A program made the position numbers and the translations under genes. 64,000 bases of DNA from IMG/VR virus record IMGVR_UViG_3300033075_001761; one strand, 5' to 3'. The first letter of the stretch is position 1, and every line of letters begins with the position of its first letter. Below are positions 28,687-37,540 of the stretch, one piece after another. This stretch comes from a virus. Lineage: Duplodnaviria; Heunggongvirae; Uroviricota; Caudoviricetes. The notes beneath the pieces were generated by a model. The model did not search any database, was not told the DNA's origin, and was given only the letters and a program-made list of their open reading frames with translations.

Positions 28687-29552
28687 AGGGTCTTATCTTA
28701 TTGGGCGGAACGGGGTCTAGGCTTTGGCCTATTACAAAATCTGTTAATAAAGCCCTTCTACCTTTGTATTCAAAGCCAAGTTGTTATTATTCTCTGTCAA
28801 TTTTGATGTTGGCTAAAATAAGAGAGATCGCAATTATAACAACTCCGAATGATGTATCTAGCTTTATGAATTTGTTTGGAGATGGAAGTAAGTGGGGTTG
28901 TGATTTTTCTTATATAGTTCAAGAAAATCCAGAAGGCATTGCGCAAGCGTTTCATCTTGGGAAAGACTTTTGCAAAGAAGAATCGTCATGCTTGGTTCTT
29001 GGCGATAATTTTTTCTACGGCCATCATTTCCAAGATTTCCTTTTGTCAGCCAAAGATCATACTGAAGCTACAGAGGAAGCATGTATTTTCGGATATAAAG
29101 TTCCAGATCCAGAGCGATATGGAGTTGTGTTGATGAATGAAGAGGGCGTGGCCATTGATTTAGAAGAAAAGCCAATTGCTCCAAAATCTCCATATGCGGT
29201 TCCTGGAATTTATTTTTTCCCAAGCGGAGTATGTGAAGAAGCAAAAAAACTGTCCCCATCTAGGCGCGGAGAATATGAGATTACAGATTTAAATCGCGTT
29301 TATATGAACAATAAAAAAATGCGATGTAAAATCATGAGCAGAGGGATTAGCTGGTTTGACACAGGAACCCCTGATTCATTGATGGAGGCATCTTCTTTTG
29401 TTCAAGCAATTGAAAAAAGGCAGAGCATATTAGTATGCTCTCCTGAAGAAATTGCATACAGGAATGGATGGATTACCAGAAAAGAAGTCTCCATTTTGGC
29501 TAGAGAATTAAAATTAAATACATATGCGAGTTTATTAGATCAAATTGAGTAG
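28683..29552 (+). CDS. rmlA: glucose-1-phosphate thymidylyltransferase
   Basis: [32 protein letters not shown] matches the RmlA N-terminal signature nearly residue for residue. Confidence 0.7.
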   Translation: [289 protein letters not shown]

Positions 29553-29554
29553 GG

Positions 29555-30172
29555 GTGTTTATGAAGTTTGAAATCAATGAGGGCGAAGATGCCGTTTGTA
29601 GTTATTCTGGAAAACAGAAAAGTGTAGTTATTAGGTTTGAAGACCTTGATGGGAATCAAACTGGATGGTTTGGATCTGATATTTTAGAAAAAGCTTTGAG
29701 GCTTATGCAGCTTTCTTCTGGAGTTCAGCAGTTTACCCCTATGGCTCGACCAGAAATTCCACAACAATACAAAACGCCATATACAGAAGCTCCTTTTGTG
29801 GCGACTATAGGACCAATGGCTGGAGACGTGCATTACGATGAATCTCACCAAAAAACGGTCACGAATCAGACAGCTCCAGTTCAACGGAGGCAGGCCACTC
29901 CAAGATCCCCTGAAGAAAAGCATGTTGTTGAAGGTTTTGCGAGTGATTTGGTTGGCGTTATTAAGAAGCGTGAAAAAGAAGAAGAGCCCGTTACGGGAAA
30001 AGATTTAGTAAATGTTGTGAAGCGTTGGAAAAATAGTTTTAAAAGGATTGAAAATGCACTTCCTATACTCTCTGCGCACATGGGGAAAATGGATCAAGAT
30101 CAGTTTAAGAACCTTGTTCATCGTGCGACGTTGGCTGAAAAATATGAAAAAGAAGAGGTTGAAGAGTCATGA
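29555..30172 (+). CDS. hypothetical protein
   Basis: 205-aa ORF 3 nt after rmlA. Confidence 0.45.
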   Translation: MFMKFEINEGEDAVCSYSGKQKSVVIRFEDLDGNQTGWFGSDILEKALRLMQLSSGVQQFTPMARPEIPQQYKTPYTEAPFVATIGPMAGDVHYDESHQKTVTNQTAPVQRRQATPRSPEEKHVVEGFASDLVGVIKKREKEEEPVTGKDLVNVVKRWKNSFKRIENALPILSAHMGKMDQDQFKNLVHRATLAEKYEKEEVEES

Positions 30173-30549
30173 ATGCTGTAAGTAATGAGATTAGCCAACA
30201 GAACAAGGCCATTGAAGCTTCTGTATATGAGATACTTTATCTTTTGCGTAAAAAGAATACAGCGTATGATGGTTCCGCCTTTAAAGACATGTGTATTGCT
30301 GGTCAAAAAATTCCAGCAGAACAGACCATTTTGGTTCGTATAACTGATAAAATGAGAAGACTTCAGAGTGTATCGGCAGAATTTGAGAGTGAAGATACTC
30401 TTTTAGATTTGGCCGGATATATTATTTTGTTGAAGTCACTTAAGAACTATCGGCTGATGGAGACAAAAAATGGCTCAAGTAATAACGAATCCGTATCAGG
30501 AATATGTGCCGGAATTGGGAGTGGTGTGGCTATTCCGGGAGGTTGTTAA
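30169..30549 (+). CDS. hypothetical protein
   Basis: 126-aa ORF with a low-complexity C-terminus that overlaps the next ORF. Confidence 0.35.
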   Translation: MNAVSNEISQQNKAIEASVYEILYLLRKKNTAYDGSAFKDMCIAGQKIPAEQTILVRITDKMRRLQSVSAEFESEDTLLDLAGYIILLKSLKNYRLMETKNGSSNNESVSGICAGIGSGVAIPGGC

Positions 30550-30688
30550 GAAAGACATAGAGCTTATTGATGGCGGGTATCGAGAAATGATTTGGGCAAA
30601 TATTTATTATGCTGAGAGTGCAAGCGGACCATTTACAGAGCTACTTGAAGTTATTCCGTATTCTTTCAACCCTCCCCCCGGAGCTTAA
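30470..30688 (+). CDS. hypothetical protein
   Basis: 72-aa ORF with a GGAG SD 8 nt upstream. Overlaps the previous ORF by 80 nt in another frame. Confidence 0.3.
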   Translation: MAQVITNPYQEYVPELGVVWLFREVVKKDIELIDGGYREMIWANIYYAESASGPFTELLEVIPYSFNPPPGA

Positions 30689-30737
30689 AGCTCAGTTCAT
30701 GATGTTTTTTAGTTGTAAATAGTTTTGTTTTTGACTA

Positions 30738-30989
30738 ATGCTCTATTTGTCAAAACAAAGAAGGCCGCATCTATTCATGAAGCCAGATAATGAAAATTTA
30801 GATTTATTAAAGTCCGAAGCATGGTCTGAGCAATGTTTTTTTGTTGAGTGCCCTCATTGCAATTCTACAATTGCCCTTGATTACAAGGTTTATGAAGGCG
30901 AAGAGGTTCATGACTTTTGTGCAAAGTGTAAAAATGATTTTTTTGTTTGCGGAAAAAGGGAATCAACACGTTACTACGAAGGAAAATAA
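30738..30989 (+). CDS. zinc-ribbon protein
   Basis: CPHCNS...CAKCKNDFFVCG gives two CxxC pairs. Confidence 0.4.
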   Translation: MLYLSKQRRPHLFMKPDNENLDLLKSEAWSEQCFFVECPHCNSTIALDYKVYEGEEVHDFCAKCKNDFFVCGKRESTRYYEGK

Positions 30990-30992
30990 TCG

Positions 30993-31205
30993 ATGGATGT
31001 TCGTGGTTATGAAATGCAAATTGAAGAATTGAAAGATAGATTAGAGCTTGAAAAAGAAGTTAAAGATGATCATGTAAACCAAAAGATGGAATTAGTAAGG
31101 ATTGTGAACGCCGCAGAAAAAATCATACGCCGTTATGGCCGAGCCTATGATACAGAGGTTGAGGATTGGCTTTCAATGCTTCACAGCTTTAAAGAAGATT
31201 ATTAA
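30993..31205 (+). CDS. hypothetical coiled-coil protein
   Basis: 70-aa ORF. Confidence 0.4.
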   Translation: MDVRGYEMQIEELKDRLELEKEVKDDHVNQKMELVRIVNAAEKIIRRYGRAYDTEVEDWLSMLHSFKEDY

Positions 31206-31209
31206 TTTT

Positions 31210-31554
31210 ATGAAAGATCGTATTTTTGCAAGAGCTTTTAATCACGATACTTTGTGCTGGACTATGGAAAGTCTAAAAAATGAGCTTAAGCGGGCGTATG
31301 ATTATATTGATAAGCTACAAAAGGATGCACAAGAACATAGACTAAAATTTGAAAGTTTAACTTATGTTAATTCTTTTCATGAGTCAAAAATATATGCACT
31401 TAGAGAATTGAAAAAAATGGCAGATGACACTGTTCTTAGGTATGCAACGCTAAAGAGTGATCGCTATGAAGACGGCAAACCTGCTCGTGATTATCTGATG
31501 CAAAGCGCAGCCATTGATGTTCTTGAATCTTTTGAGAATAAATTAAATAAATAG
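31210..31554 (+). CDS. hypothetical protein
   Basis: ATG at 31210 right after the previous stop. Track ORF 31135. Confidence 0.4.
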   Translation: MKDRIFARAFNHDTLCWTMESLKNELKRAYDYIDKLQKDAQEHRLKFESLTYVNSFHESKIYALRELKKMADDTVLRYATLKSDRYEDGKPARDYLMQSAAIDVLESFENKLNK

Positions 31555-31615
31555 AACGGAGGTAGTTTAAGTATAGAGTTTTTATTCATATTGTTTTTGG
31601 TTTTTTTTATTTTTC

Positions 31616-32428
31616 ATGAAAAGGATAATAAATGTTATGGTATACACTAAGGTTTGTGCTCTTTTGGTTGCTTGTGTTGGGCTTTCTTCTTGTGGTTTTG
31701 AACAAGTTGATACCGGGTTTCGTGGCGTTAAAACGACGTTCGGAGAAATTATCGGAGGACCCTTGCCAGAAGGACTGCACTTCTACAACCCATTCACAAG
31801 CGACATCATCGAAATCGAAGTCAGAGAACAACTCTTAAATGGAAAAACGCAGTGTTTTACTAAGGACACGCAAACTGTTGTCGTAGAATATTCCGTTACA
31901 TATTATCCAGATCCCAGTAAAGTGACTGTTCTCTATAAAGAGTTCGGAAGAGATTATGAGCAAAAAGTTGTTATCCCAAAATTGTTAGGCTCAATTAAGG
32001 ATGTTGTAGGACAACAAATTGCTGATGAGCTTGTCGGCAAAAGAGAACTCGTAAGGACTAAAACCCAAGAAGAAGTTAAAGTTGCAGCAGCAGTTCGCGG
32101 AATCACGGTATCATCTTTGGAGTTTACAAATTTAGATTTTGACGATGCTTATGAAGCGGCAGTTGAGCAAAAGGTTGTGGCCATCCAGAACGCTGCCAAG
32201 GCCAAAAATGAAACGGTAACATTTGAGGAGAAAGCCAAACAAACAATAGTGAGTGCTCAAGCAGAGGCGGAGTCTATGAAGATTCGTTCTCAGGCCCTTA
32301 GAGAGAACAAAGGGTTGGTTGAGTATGAAATTGCTACTCGTTGGGATGGAGTTTTGCCCTCTGTTGTGGCAAATTCTAGTGGGAACCTACTAAACATACC
32401 TAAAGAAATGTTCGATGCCAAGAAATGA
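31616..32428 (+). CDS. SPFH/band-7 (prohibitin/HflC-like) lipoprotein
   Basis: Lipoprotein signal with lipobox LSSC. SPFH core VDTGFRGVKTTFGEI...GLHFYNPFTSDIIEIEV, then a coiled coil. Confidence 0.55.
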   Translation: MKRIINVMVYTKVCALLVACVGLSSCGFEQVDTGFRGVKTTFGEIIGGPLPEGLHFYNPFTSDIIEIEVREQLLNGKTQCFTKDTQTVVVEYSVTYYPDPSKVTVLYKEFGRDYEQKVVIPKLLGSIKDVVGQQIADELVGKRELVRTKTQEEVKVAAAVRGITVSSLEFTNLDFDDAYEAAVEQKVVAIQNAAKAKNETVTFEEKAKQTIVSAQAEAESMKIRSQALRENKGLVEYEIATRWDGVLPSVVANSSGNLLNIPKEMFDAKK

Positions 32429-32918
32429 CTTAGCCGGAAAAAAATTTGGAAGATTAACTGTTTTAAATTTTTCAGATTCTATTAATTGGAGGCCAAGATG
32501 GCTATGTCTTTGTGAGTGTGGAAAAGAAAAGATAGTTGCAGCCAGACATCTAACTTCTAAATCAATTATTTCATGTGGATGCTTTAAAACAGAACAATTA
32601 ATAAAAAATAAAACAACACATGGATTTAGTCGTTCTAAAACATATGAGTCATGGTCAAAAATGCATGCGAGGTGTAAAAATCTTAAAAATAATAGATTCT
32701 TAAGATATGGTGGTCGAGGTATAATTGTTTGCGAAGAATGGAATTCTTTTGAAGCCTTTCTTCTCGATATGGGTGAAAGACCCATTGGAAAAACAATAGA
32801 TAGAATCGATAACAACGGTAATTATTGTAAAGAAAACTGTAAATGGTCTACACCAAAGGAACAATGCACGAATAGATTACAAAGGAAATCTAAAAAAAAT
32901 ATGTGCCATGAGGTGTAA
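32415..32918 (+). CDS. HNH homing endonuclease (free-standing)
   Basis: GKKFGRLTV...WLCLCECG...SCGC N-terminal zinc module, then YGGRGIIVCEEW...IDRIDNNGNYCKENCKWSTPKEQ (HNH_3-type). Confidence 0.55.
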   Translation: MPRNDLAGKKFGRLTVLNFSDSINWRPRWLCLCECGKEKIVAARHLTSKSIISCGCFKTEQLIKNKTTHGFSRSKTYESWSKMHARCKNLKNNRFLRYGGRGIIVCEEWNSFEAFLLDMGERPIGKTIDRIDNNGNYCKENCKWSTPKEQCTNRLQRKSKKNMCHEV

Positions 32919-32963
32919 TACAGTTCCTTTTATTAACATTGCAAAATAGATCCTTTCTAATTT

Positions 32964-33003
32964 ATGACTAATTTTTAGTCATTCCGACTATTAGTTAGTC
33001 ATT
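32964..33003. promoter_or_regulatory. operator-like palindromes ATGACTAA-TTT-TTAGTCAT plus two further TAGTCAT half-sites
   Basis: Perfect 19-bp palindrome at 32964-32982, GACTAT-TAG-TTAGTC at 32986-33000 and TTAGTCAT at 32995-33002. In the 229-bp gap upstream of wHTH gene 33148. Confidence 0.35.
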
Positions 33004-33147
33004 AATAAGTTAAGACAAATCCTTTAATATTGTATTCTTATAAATGGCATAAAACTTGCTAAGTCCTAATTTGGGCCTAGTAAAATAGTCGTAGACATTT
33101 GCTTAAATTTAGGTCTATTTAGTTTTCTTTCAACAAAGGAGTCTTTC

Positions 33148-33357
33148 ATGGGCAGTAAAAAGCTTTCAGTTATTCAGGCAAACATTCTTTCTCTTCTTAG
33201 GAAGAATCCAACCAAGGTTTATTATTATTCATCTGTTGCGGCTGAGGTTGGAGTTCATCAGAAAGGCATAGGCTCTTCCATGAGAGCGCTTGGAGCCAGA
33301 GGATTTGCCGAAGAGTGCGCAAGGGTGATATTAAAACCAAGAACTAATAAAAAATAA
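33148..33357 (+). CDS. small winged-helix DNA-binding protein
   Basis: 69 aa with a LexA-N-like wHTH (IQANILSLLRKNPTKVYYYSSVAAEVGVHQKGIGSSMRAL). SD AAGGAG. Confidence 0.4.
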   Translation: MGSKKLSVIQANILSLLRKNPTKVYYYSSVAAEVGVHQKGIGSSMRALGARGFAEECARVILKPRTNKK

Positions 33358-33358
33358 A

Positions 33359-33637
33359 TTAGAGATCAAATTCTGCTATTATTTTTACAATTAAAGGCGA
33401 TTTTGCGCCAAATGGTATGTATCGACAAACTTCGACAACCCTTGTTTTGTAGTGTTTTGAAAATGTCTTTGCCTGTTGTTTAATCGAATTTATGTTTCCA
33501 TATGGATAATCTAAAAAAAATTCCCAAGAATTAGAATTATAATTTTTATACATCACCATGTAGTTCTCTTTTTCGGGTATTTTAAATAGAAGAGAAGCCA
33601 GAGCTGCGGAGTCCACATAATCCCCCTTGGAGGCCAA
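33359..33637 (-). CDS. hypothetical protein (minus strand)
   Basis: 92-aa ORF on the opposite strand filling the gap between + genes. Confidence 0.35.
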   Translation of the reverse strand: MASKGDYVDSAALASLLFKIPEKENYMVMYKNYNSNSWEFFLDYPYGNINSIKQQAKTFSKHYKTRVVEVCRYIPFGAKSPLIVKIIAEFDL

Positions 33638-33995
33638 AATGATTGGAATAGAATCCGTTTATGTTTCGATGGTAACAGAAAGTCTTACTTCTGAGTTAAA
33701 GTCTGTATATTTCCATCCAGAAGAAATTGCTTATTGTAATGCTCAGGAAGTGCCCATGAGGCATTATGCCATGCGGTATTGCGGGAAGCGCGCTATTTTT
33801 AAGGCTCTTGGACTTCTGGATGACAATCCTAGTTATTTAGATGTTAAGATCTTAAGAAGTGATGGAGGAAGGCCAAATGTTGTTATGCTTGGGAATACGT
33901 CTTTGGCAATGCGCAGGATGGGGTTTGGTAAATGTGCCCTTAGCATGGATAGCTTAGGCGATGTCGCAACCGCCTCAACTACATTTGAGCGTTGA
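33627..33995 (+). CDS. holo-ACP synthase-like 4'-phosphopantetheinyl transferase (AcpS family)
   Basis: MIGIESVYV... FHPEEIAYCNAQEVPMRHYAMRYCGKRAIFKALG ... GGRPNVVMLG parallels the AcpS motifs (GIG.D, F...E..Y, ...A.KEA..KALG, G.P). Confidence 0.45.
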   Translation: MEAKMIGIESVYVSMVTESLTSELKSVYFHPEEIAYCNAQEVPMRHYAMRYCGKRAIFKALGLLDDNPSYLDVKILRSDGGRPNVVMLGNTSLAMRRMGFGKCALSMDSLGDVATASTTFER

Positions 33996-34194
33996 GCAGA
34001 CTAAAGAAATAATTGACGAATTGACGTTTCTTTACGCACAAATAAAAGGTGAAATAGTAAGACCGTGTGGCAGCAAGAAAATGACAACAATATCTATCCA
34101 TCTTTTATCTGGATTAATTGGGCAGTGGTCTGAAAAAACAATTAAAAAAATAGAATCAGTTATAGACGAAGATTTCAAAATGTATTCAAATTGA
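33961..34194 (+). CDS. hypothetical protein
   Basis: 77-aa ORF. Confidence 0.35.
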   Translation: MSQPPQLHLSVEQTKEIIDELTFLYAQIKGEIVRPCGSKKMTTISIHLLSGLIGQWSEKTIKKIESVIDEDFKMYSN

Positions 34195-34298
34195 ATTATT
34201 TTTGAATCTGTGATTTAAAGAAATCCTTGTGATACGCATGTTTTGCAAAGTCATGATTTTGTTCGTTTGAACATTAATTATTATTAAAAGGAGCTAAT

Positions 34299-34448
34299 AT
34301 GGCTGATGATAAGAGAAATGAAGGAAAAGTTGGATTGAACACAAATGAAGAAACTGATCTTGAGAAAGAAGGTAAAAAGACAAAAAAACGACAACTGAAT
34401 GAAGTTGTTGGTGATAATGAAGATGAACAAGATCTGCTAGAAGAGTGA
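34299..34448 (+). CDS. small acidic protein (49 aa)
   Basis: Below the track threshold. SD AAAGGAGctaatATG. Confidence 0.3.
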   Translation: MADDKRNEGKVGLNTNEETDLEKEGKKTKKRQLNEVVGDNEDEQDLLEE

Positions 34449-34452
34449 GCAA

Positions 34453-34992
34453 ATGAAAATTCATAGAGATGGAGAAAATCCATATCGTTTGGAGACTGAG
34501 TTTTTTGAAGTTTCTAATTTTTTGGATTTTGATGATGAGGCATATTCTAAATTCAGGACGCCTAAATTAACTGAAGAAGATGAGCTTTTTGGTCCTTCGC
34601 CAAAGGCTCAAAGAATTGTTTATCCAAAAAAGGTAAGTGGAGATCCTGCCTATCTTGTCTTTTCGGAAATGTGGTCTTCGATATCAAAAATTTTTTGTGA
34701 ATTGATTATTTATAAAAGTTTTGATGAATTGAAGGCCATAGAAACAGATGCTTTTTGGATTATTTTTAATAACGAAGAAAAAATAAATACTAACAATTAC
34801 GAGTCTTTGTCCGAATTAAAGAAAATTTGCTTTGAAATTGTTTCGCAATGGAAGTACATGTTGGAAAAGTATAGGCCAAACTTAAAGAGCCAATCGGAAG
34901 ATGATCCATTTGCTCCAGTTTCGCCTAACAAAAAGAGCGTAAGTTCTGCTGCAAAGTCTATTGTTCAGAGGATGAAGAATGCAAAAGTCTAA
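34453..34992 (+). CDS. hypothetical protein
   Basis: 179-aa ORF. Confidence 0.4.
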   Translation: MKIHRDGENPYRLETEFFEVSNFLDFDDEAYSKFRTPKLTEEDELFGPSPKAQRIVYPKKVSGDPAYLVFSEMWSSISKIFCELIIYKSFDELKAIETDAFWIIFNNEEKINTNNYESLSELKKICFEIVSQWKYMLEKYRPNLKSQSEDDPFAPVSPNKKSVSSAAKSIVQRMKNAKV

Positions 34993-35263
34993 TCAATTAG
35001 AATTTGGCGTAAGAGGTTTTTTAAATTATTTAGGTTCTTGGACCGTTTTAGAAAGAGTCCTGTTTGTTTTGGACAACTTATTTAATGAATTTTATTTATA
35101 TAGAATGTTTAGGGGTGGATTCTGGCGGGCTGTTGATGCATCAAGCGGAAGCTTTAAGGATGTTCGATATGTTCGTACTAGCATAGATTTTATTGATAAA
35201 TATAACCGTTATTTAAAAGATTCAGAGAAGTCTGTAGAGATTCGAGTTGTAAGGAAGAAGTGA
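34979..35263 (+). CDS. hypothetical protein
   Basis: 94-aa ORF. Contains a copy of the 16-bp palindrome at its start. Confidence 0.4.
   Translation: MQKSNQLEFGVRGFLNYLGSWTVLERVLFVLDNLFNEFYLYRMFRGGFWRAVDASSGSFKDVRYVRTSIDFIDKYNRYLKDSEKSVEIRVVRKK
34987..35002. repeat. 16-bp palindromic motif copy, GTCTAATCAATTAGAA (1 mismatch)
   Basis: At the 34453/34979 gene junction (encodes KSNQLE). Confidence 0.6.
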
Positions 35264-35553
35264 TGGCACATTCGTTTGTGAGCTATAAGAGAAGCGGAGA
35301 TGACTTCTTGTACGGTGAAGATCATGCTTATAGAAATTCAAAGATTATCAATAGGGCAACCGGAGAGATTTATGAGTCTGCTAAGGCGGCTTCAGAATCG
35401 TTAGGAATAAGCTCAGTAATTATTCATAGGTACTGTAAGAAAATAAGCAAAAGCGCGTTTGATTTGGACTATTATCCAGAGGTTTACAAAACCTGGCTAC
35501 AGAGGATGAAGGAAAAGGGCGCTCTCACAACCAGCCCAATGCTTGAGAAATGA
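35260..35553 (+). CDS. small HTH protein (NUMOD1-like motif)
   Basis: [33 protein letters not shown] resembles the DNA-binding modules of free-standing homing endonucleases. Weak call. Confidence 0.35.
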   Translation: MMAHSFVSYKRSGDDFLYGEDHAYRNSKIINRATGEIYESAKAASESLGISSVIIHRYCKKISKSAFDLDYYPEVYKTWLQRMKEKGALTTSPMLEK

Positions 35554-36157
35554 TTGGAAGATTGGTTTTAAAGATCTCTTTAATTTCTTCTGCCATAATT
35601 CTGTGCTCAAGTTGTGTTGATTGATCGCATCGTACTTGAAGATATGTGATCCAGCTTCGTATATTTCCAGAGCAATACAGAGTTGTTTCTGTGCTTAGCG
35701 GCAAAAGCATTCTTGCACATTCTTTTGCAATGCCTTTTTCTAGAGCGTCTTCATATGCTTTGATAGAGAGATTCCAAAGCGTGCTTTGTTTTTCTTCAAA
35801 CCAGTCATGTATTTCTTGACTTAAGTCATCAATTGAATTTTGTCTGTTCTTAGAATCTTGTCTTCTGGGCTTTGTTTTAATATATGAGTCTTTCCTGACT
35901 GATTGATATCTAAGAGAAAATTCTTGAAAAACCATGGATCTATGGCGAAGAAGTTGAGCTGAAATTGCTCTAGATGTTTTTATTTCCACGCACATGTTCG
36001 CCATTTCAAATATGGACCAATGCTTATGTTTTATGCAGTATTCAAGAAGTTTAGGCGCAGTTTCCGTATTAGTCTGATTTTTTGGATTCGATACCCTGGC
36101 GCAATAGCTTATGATTTGTTCTGCATTTTCTGTGATCCAAACTAATTTTGTAGACAT
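35525..36157 (-). CDS. thyX: flavin-dependent thymidylate synthase
   Basis: ThyX signature [14 protein letters not shown] (RHRx7S) plus the N-terminal conserved region. Minus strand. Confidence 0.7.
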   Translation of the reverse strand: MSTKLVWITENAEQIISYCARVSNPKNQTNTETAPKLLEYCIKHKHWSIFEMANMCVEIKTSRAISAQLLRHRSMVFQEFSLRYQSVRKDSYIKTKPRRQDSKNRQNSIDDLSQEIHDWFEEKQSTLWNLSIKAYEDALEKGIAKECARMLLPLSTETTLYCSGNIRSWITYLQVRCDQSTQLEHRIMAEEIKEIFKTNLPIISQALGWL

Positions 36158-36252
36158 AAAAACCTTTCGCTAGAGTAAAGTCATTAAGTTGACTTGATTG
36201 AGCGATTTGTATACCAGAACACAACTATATTTAAAAATGAGTTGGAGCCCAT

Positions 36253-36603
36253 ATGTACAAACAGGCCGTCAATTTAAAAATAAATGAGATGATTACAAAA
36301 GAGGTTGAAGCTGTATATCCAGAGATGGCAAGAAATTTTAATAGGTTTGTGGATTTTGTTTCAGAATTAAGGATCATGGTTGAAGACATGTTTCCAGTCA
36401 ATGACGAGGATGTTCTTATGTTTTTGGCATGCATGGGAGAAGCCGACGAGCATTTTGGCAATGCGTTTTTTTCTTATATCCACAGAAACAATAAAGAGCT
36501 ATCCAAAAAGCTGTCAAAGATTGTTGGAAGTGAGGAATTTGATGATTTTGAAGATGATTCGGCCAGTGTTGTGATTAATCCTGGAAACGTTGTTCTTAAC
36601 TAA
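36253..36603 (+). CDS. hypothetical acidic protein
   Basis: 116-aa ORF. Confidence 0.45.
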   Translation: MYKQAVNLKINEMITKEVEAVYPEMARNFNRFVDFVSELRIMVEDMFPVNDEDVLMFLACMGEADEHFGNAFFSYIHRNNKELSKKLSKIVGSEEFDDFEDDSASVVINPGNVVLN

Positions 36604-36700
36604 TAAGCAATATCATTGAGTTACAAACAAAATAAAATGCTTGAATGCTAGTTGTTTTTTGTGCTCTAAAACAAAGCATGACTAAGAATGGAGATGTTTT

Positions 36701-37018
36701 ATGATTAAAGACAGAGGCGTTTTTGACGGAAGAGAGCATAAAGTTGCATTTGAATTTTATGTAAATCAGTTTAAATCTATGTATTCTGAGTTAGAAAAAT
36801 CTGTTTCAGAAAACTTGTCTGATTCTAGAGAAAAGTCTTTGGCTCTTTCTAGGCTTGAGGAAAGTTTCTTTTGGGTTGAACAGTCGGTTCTTATGACGAC
36901 AAGAACACCTCCAACAAAGACTACGGCAGCTCTTTCTAAATTAGTTTGGAGCATTGATTCAAGTAAGCCTGAAGATGTTGCAGCAAGTGCTCATAGCCAC
37001 GGCAACAAAGTTTCTTAG
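36701..37018 (+). CDS. hypothetical protein
   Basis: 105-aa ORF. Confidence 0.45.
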   Translation: MIKDRGVFDGREHKVAFEFYVNQFKSMYSELEKSVSENLSDSREKSLALSRLEESFFWVEQSVLMTTRTPPTKTTAALSKLVWSIDSSKPEDVAASAHSHGNKVS

Positions 37019-37082
37019 TTGTTGTGTCTTTGACTCACTGATAAAAACATGTAATTTCTTTTAATCATTTGAGGAATTGTAT

Positions 37083-37313
37083 GTGAGCAATGAACAAGTA
37101 AGGCCGCTTATATCGGCTCTAGTGAATGAAGTCCTTAAGATTTGTGAGCAGGAATATGTTTTTAGTTTGCAATTTTTTATGTCAGAGACAGAAAAAGAGA
37201 TTCTTAAAAGTTTGTATTTAAAATATGGGTCAGCCGCCAAGATTGCCAGAAGAACCAACATGAATAGAACAACTATTCAAATGAAAAAGGCAAAATTTTT
37301 GTGTGATGTATAG
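37083..37313 (+). CDS. small HTH DNA-binding protein
   Basis: LKSLYLKYGSAAKIARRTNMNRTTIQ is a Fis/sigma-region-4-like HTH. GTG start with a GAGGA SD. Track 37077. Confidence 0.4.
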   Translation: MSNEQVRPLISALVNEVLKICEQEYVFSLQFFMSETEKEILKSLYLKYGSAAKIARRTNMNRTTIQMKKAKFLCDV

Positions 37314-37536
37314 ATTTCTGAATGAGCCCATTAAATATACTTTTGTTGTGGGCGAAAAAGTAAAGCATGTAAACGATGCGGATAATTCTATAATTATGGA
37401 TACGTTGTATGTAGTCGATTTTGTAGATGCTCCGTATTATTTAATTAAGAAGGTTGGAGAGCTTGAAACTATGTTTTGGGCCTTTGCAAACAATCTAAGA
37501 AGCGTTGCTAAGCCACAAAAAAGAACAAGAGGATAG
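37303..37536 (+). CDS. hypothetical protein
   Basis: 77-aa ORF. Confidence 0.35.
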   Translation: MMYRFLNEPIKYTFVVGEKVKHVNDADNSIIMDTLYVVDFVDAPYYLIKKVGELETMFWAFANNLRSVAKPQKRTRG

Positions 37537-37540
37537 ATGA

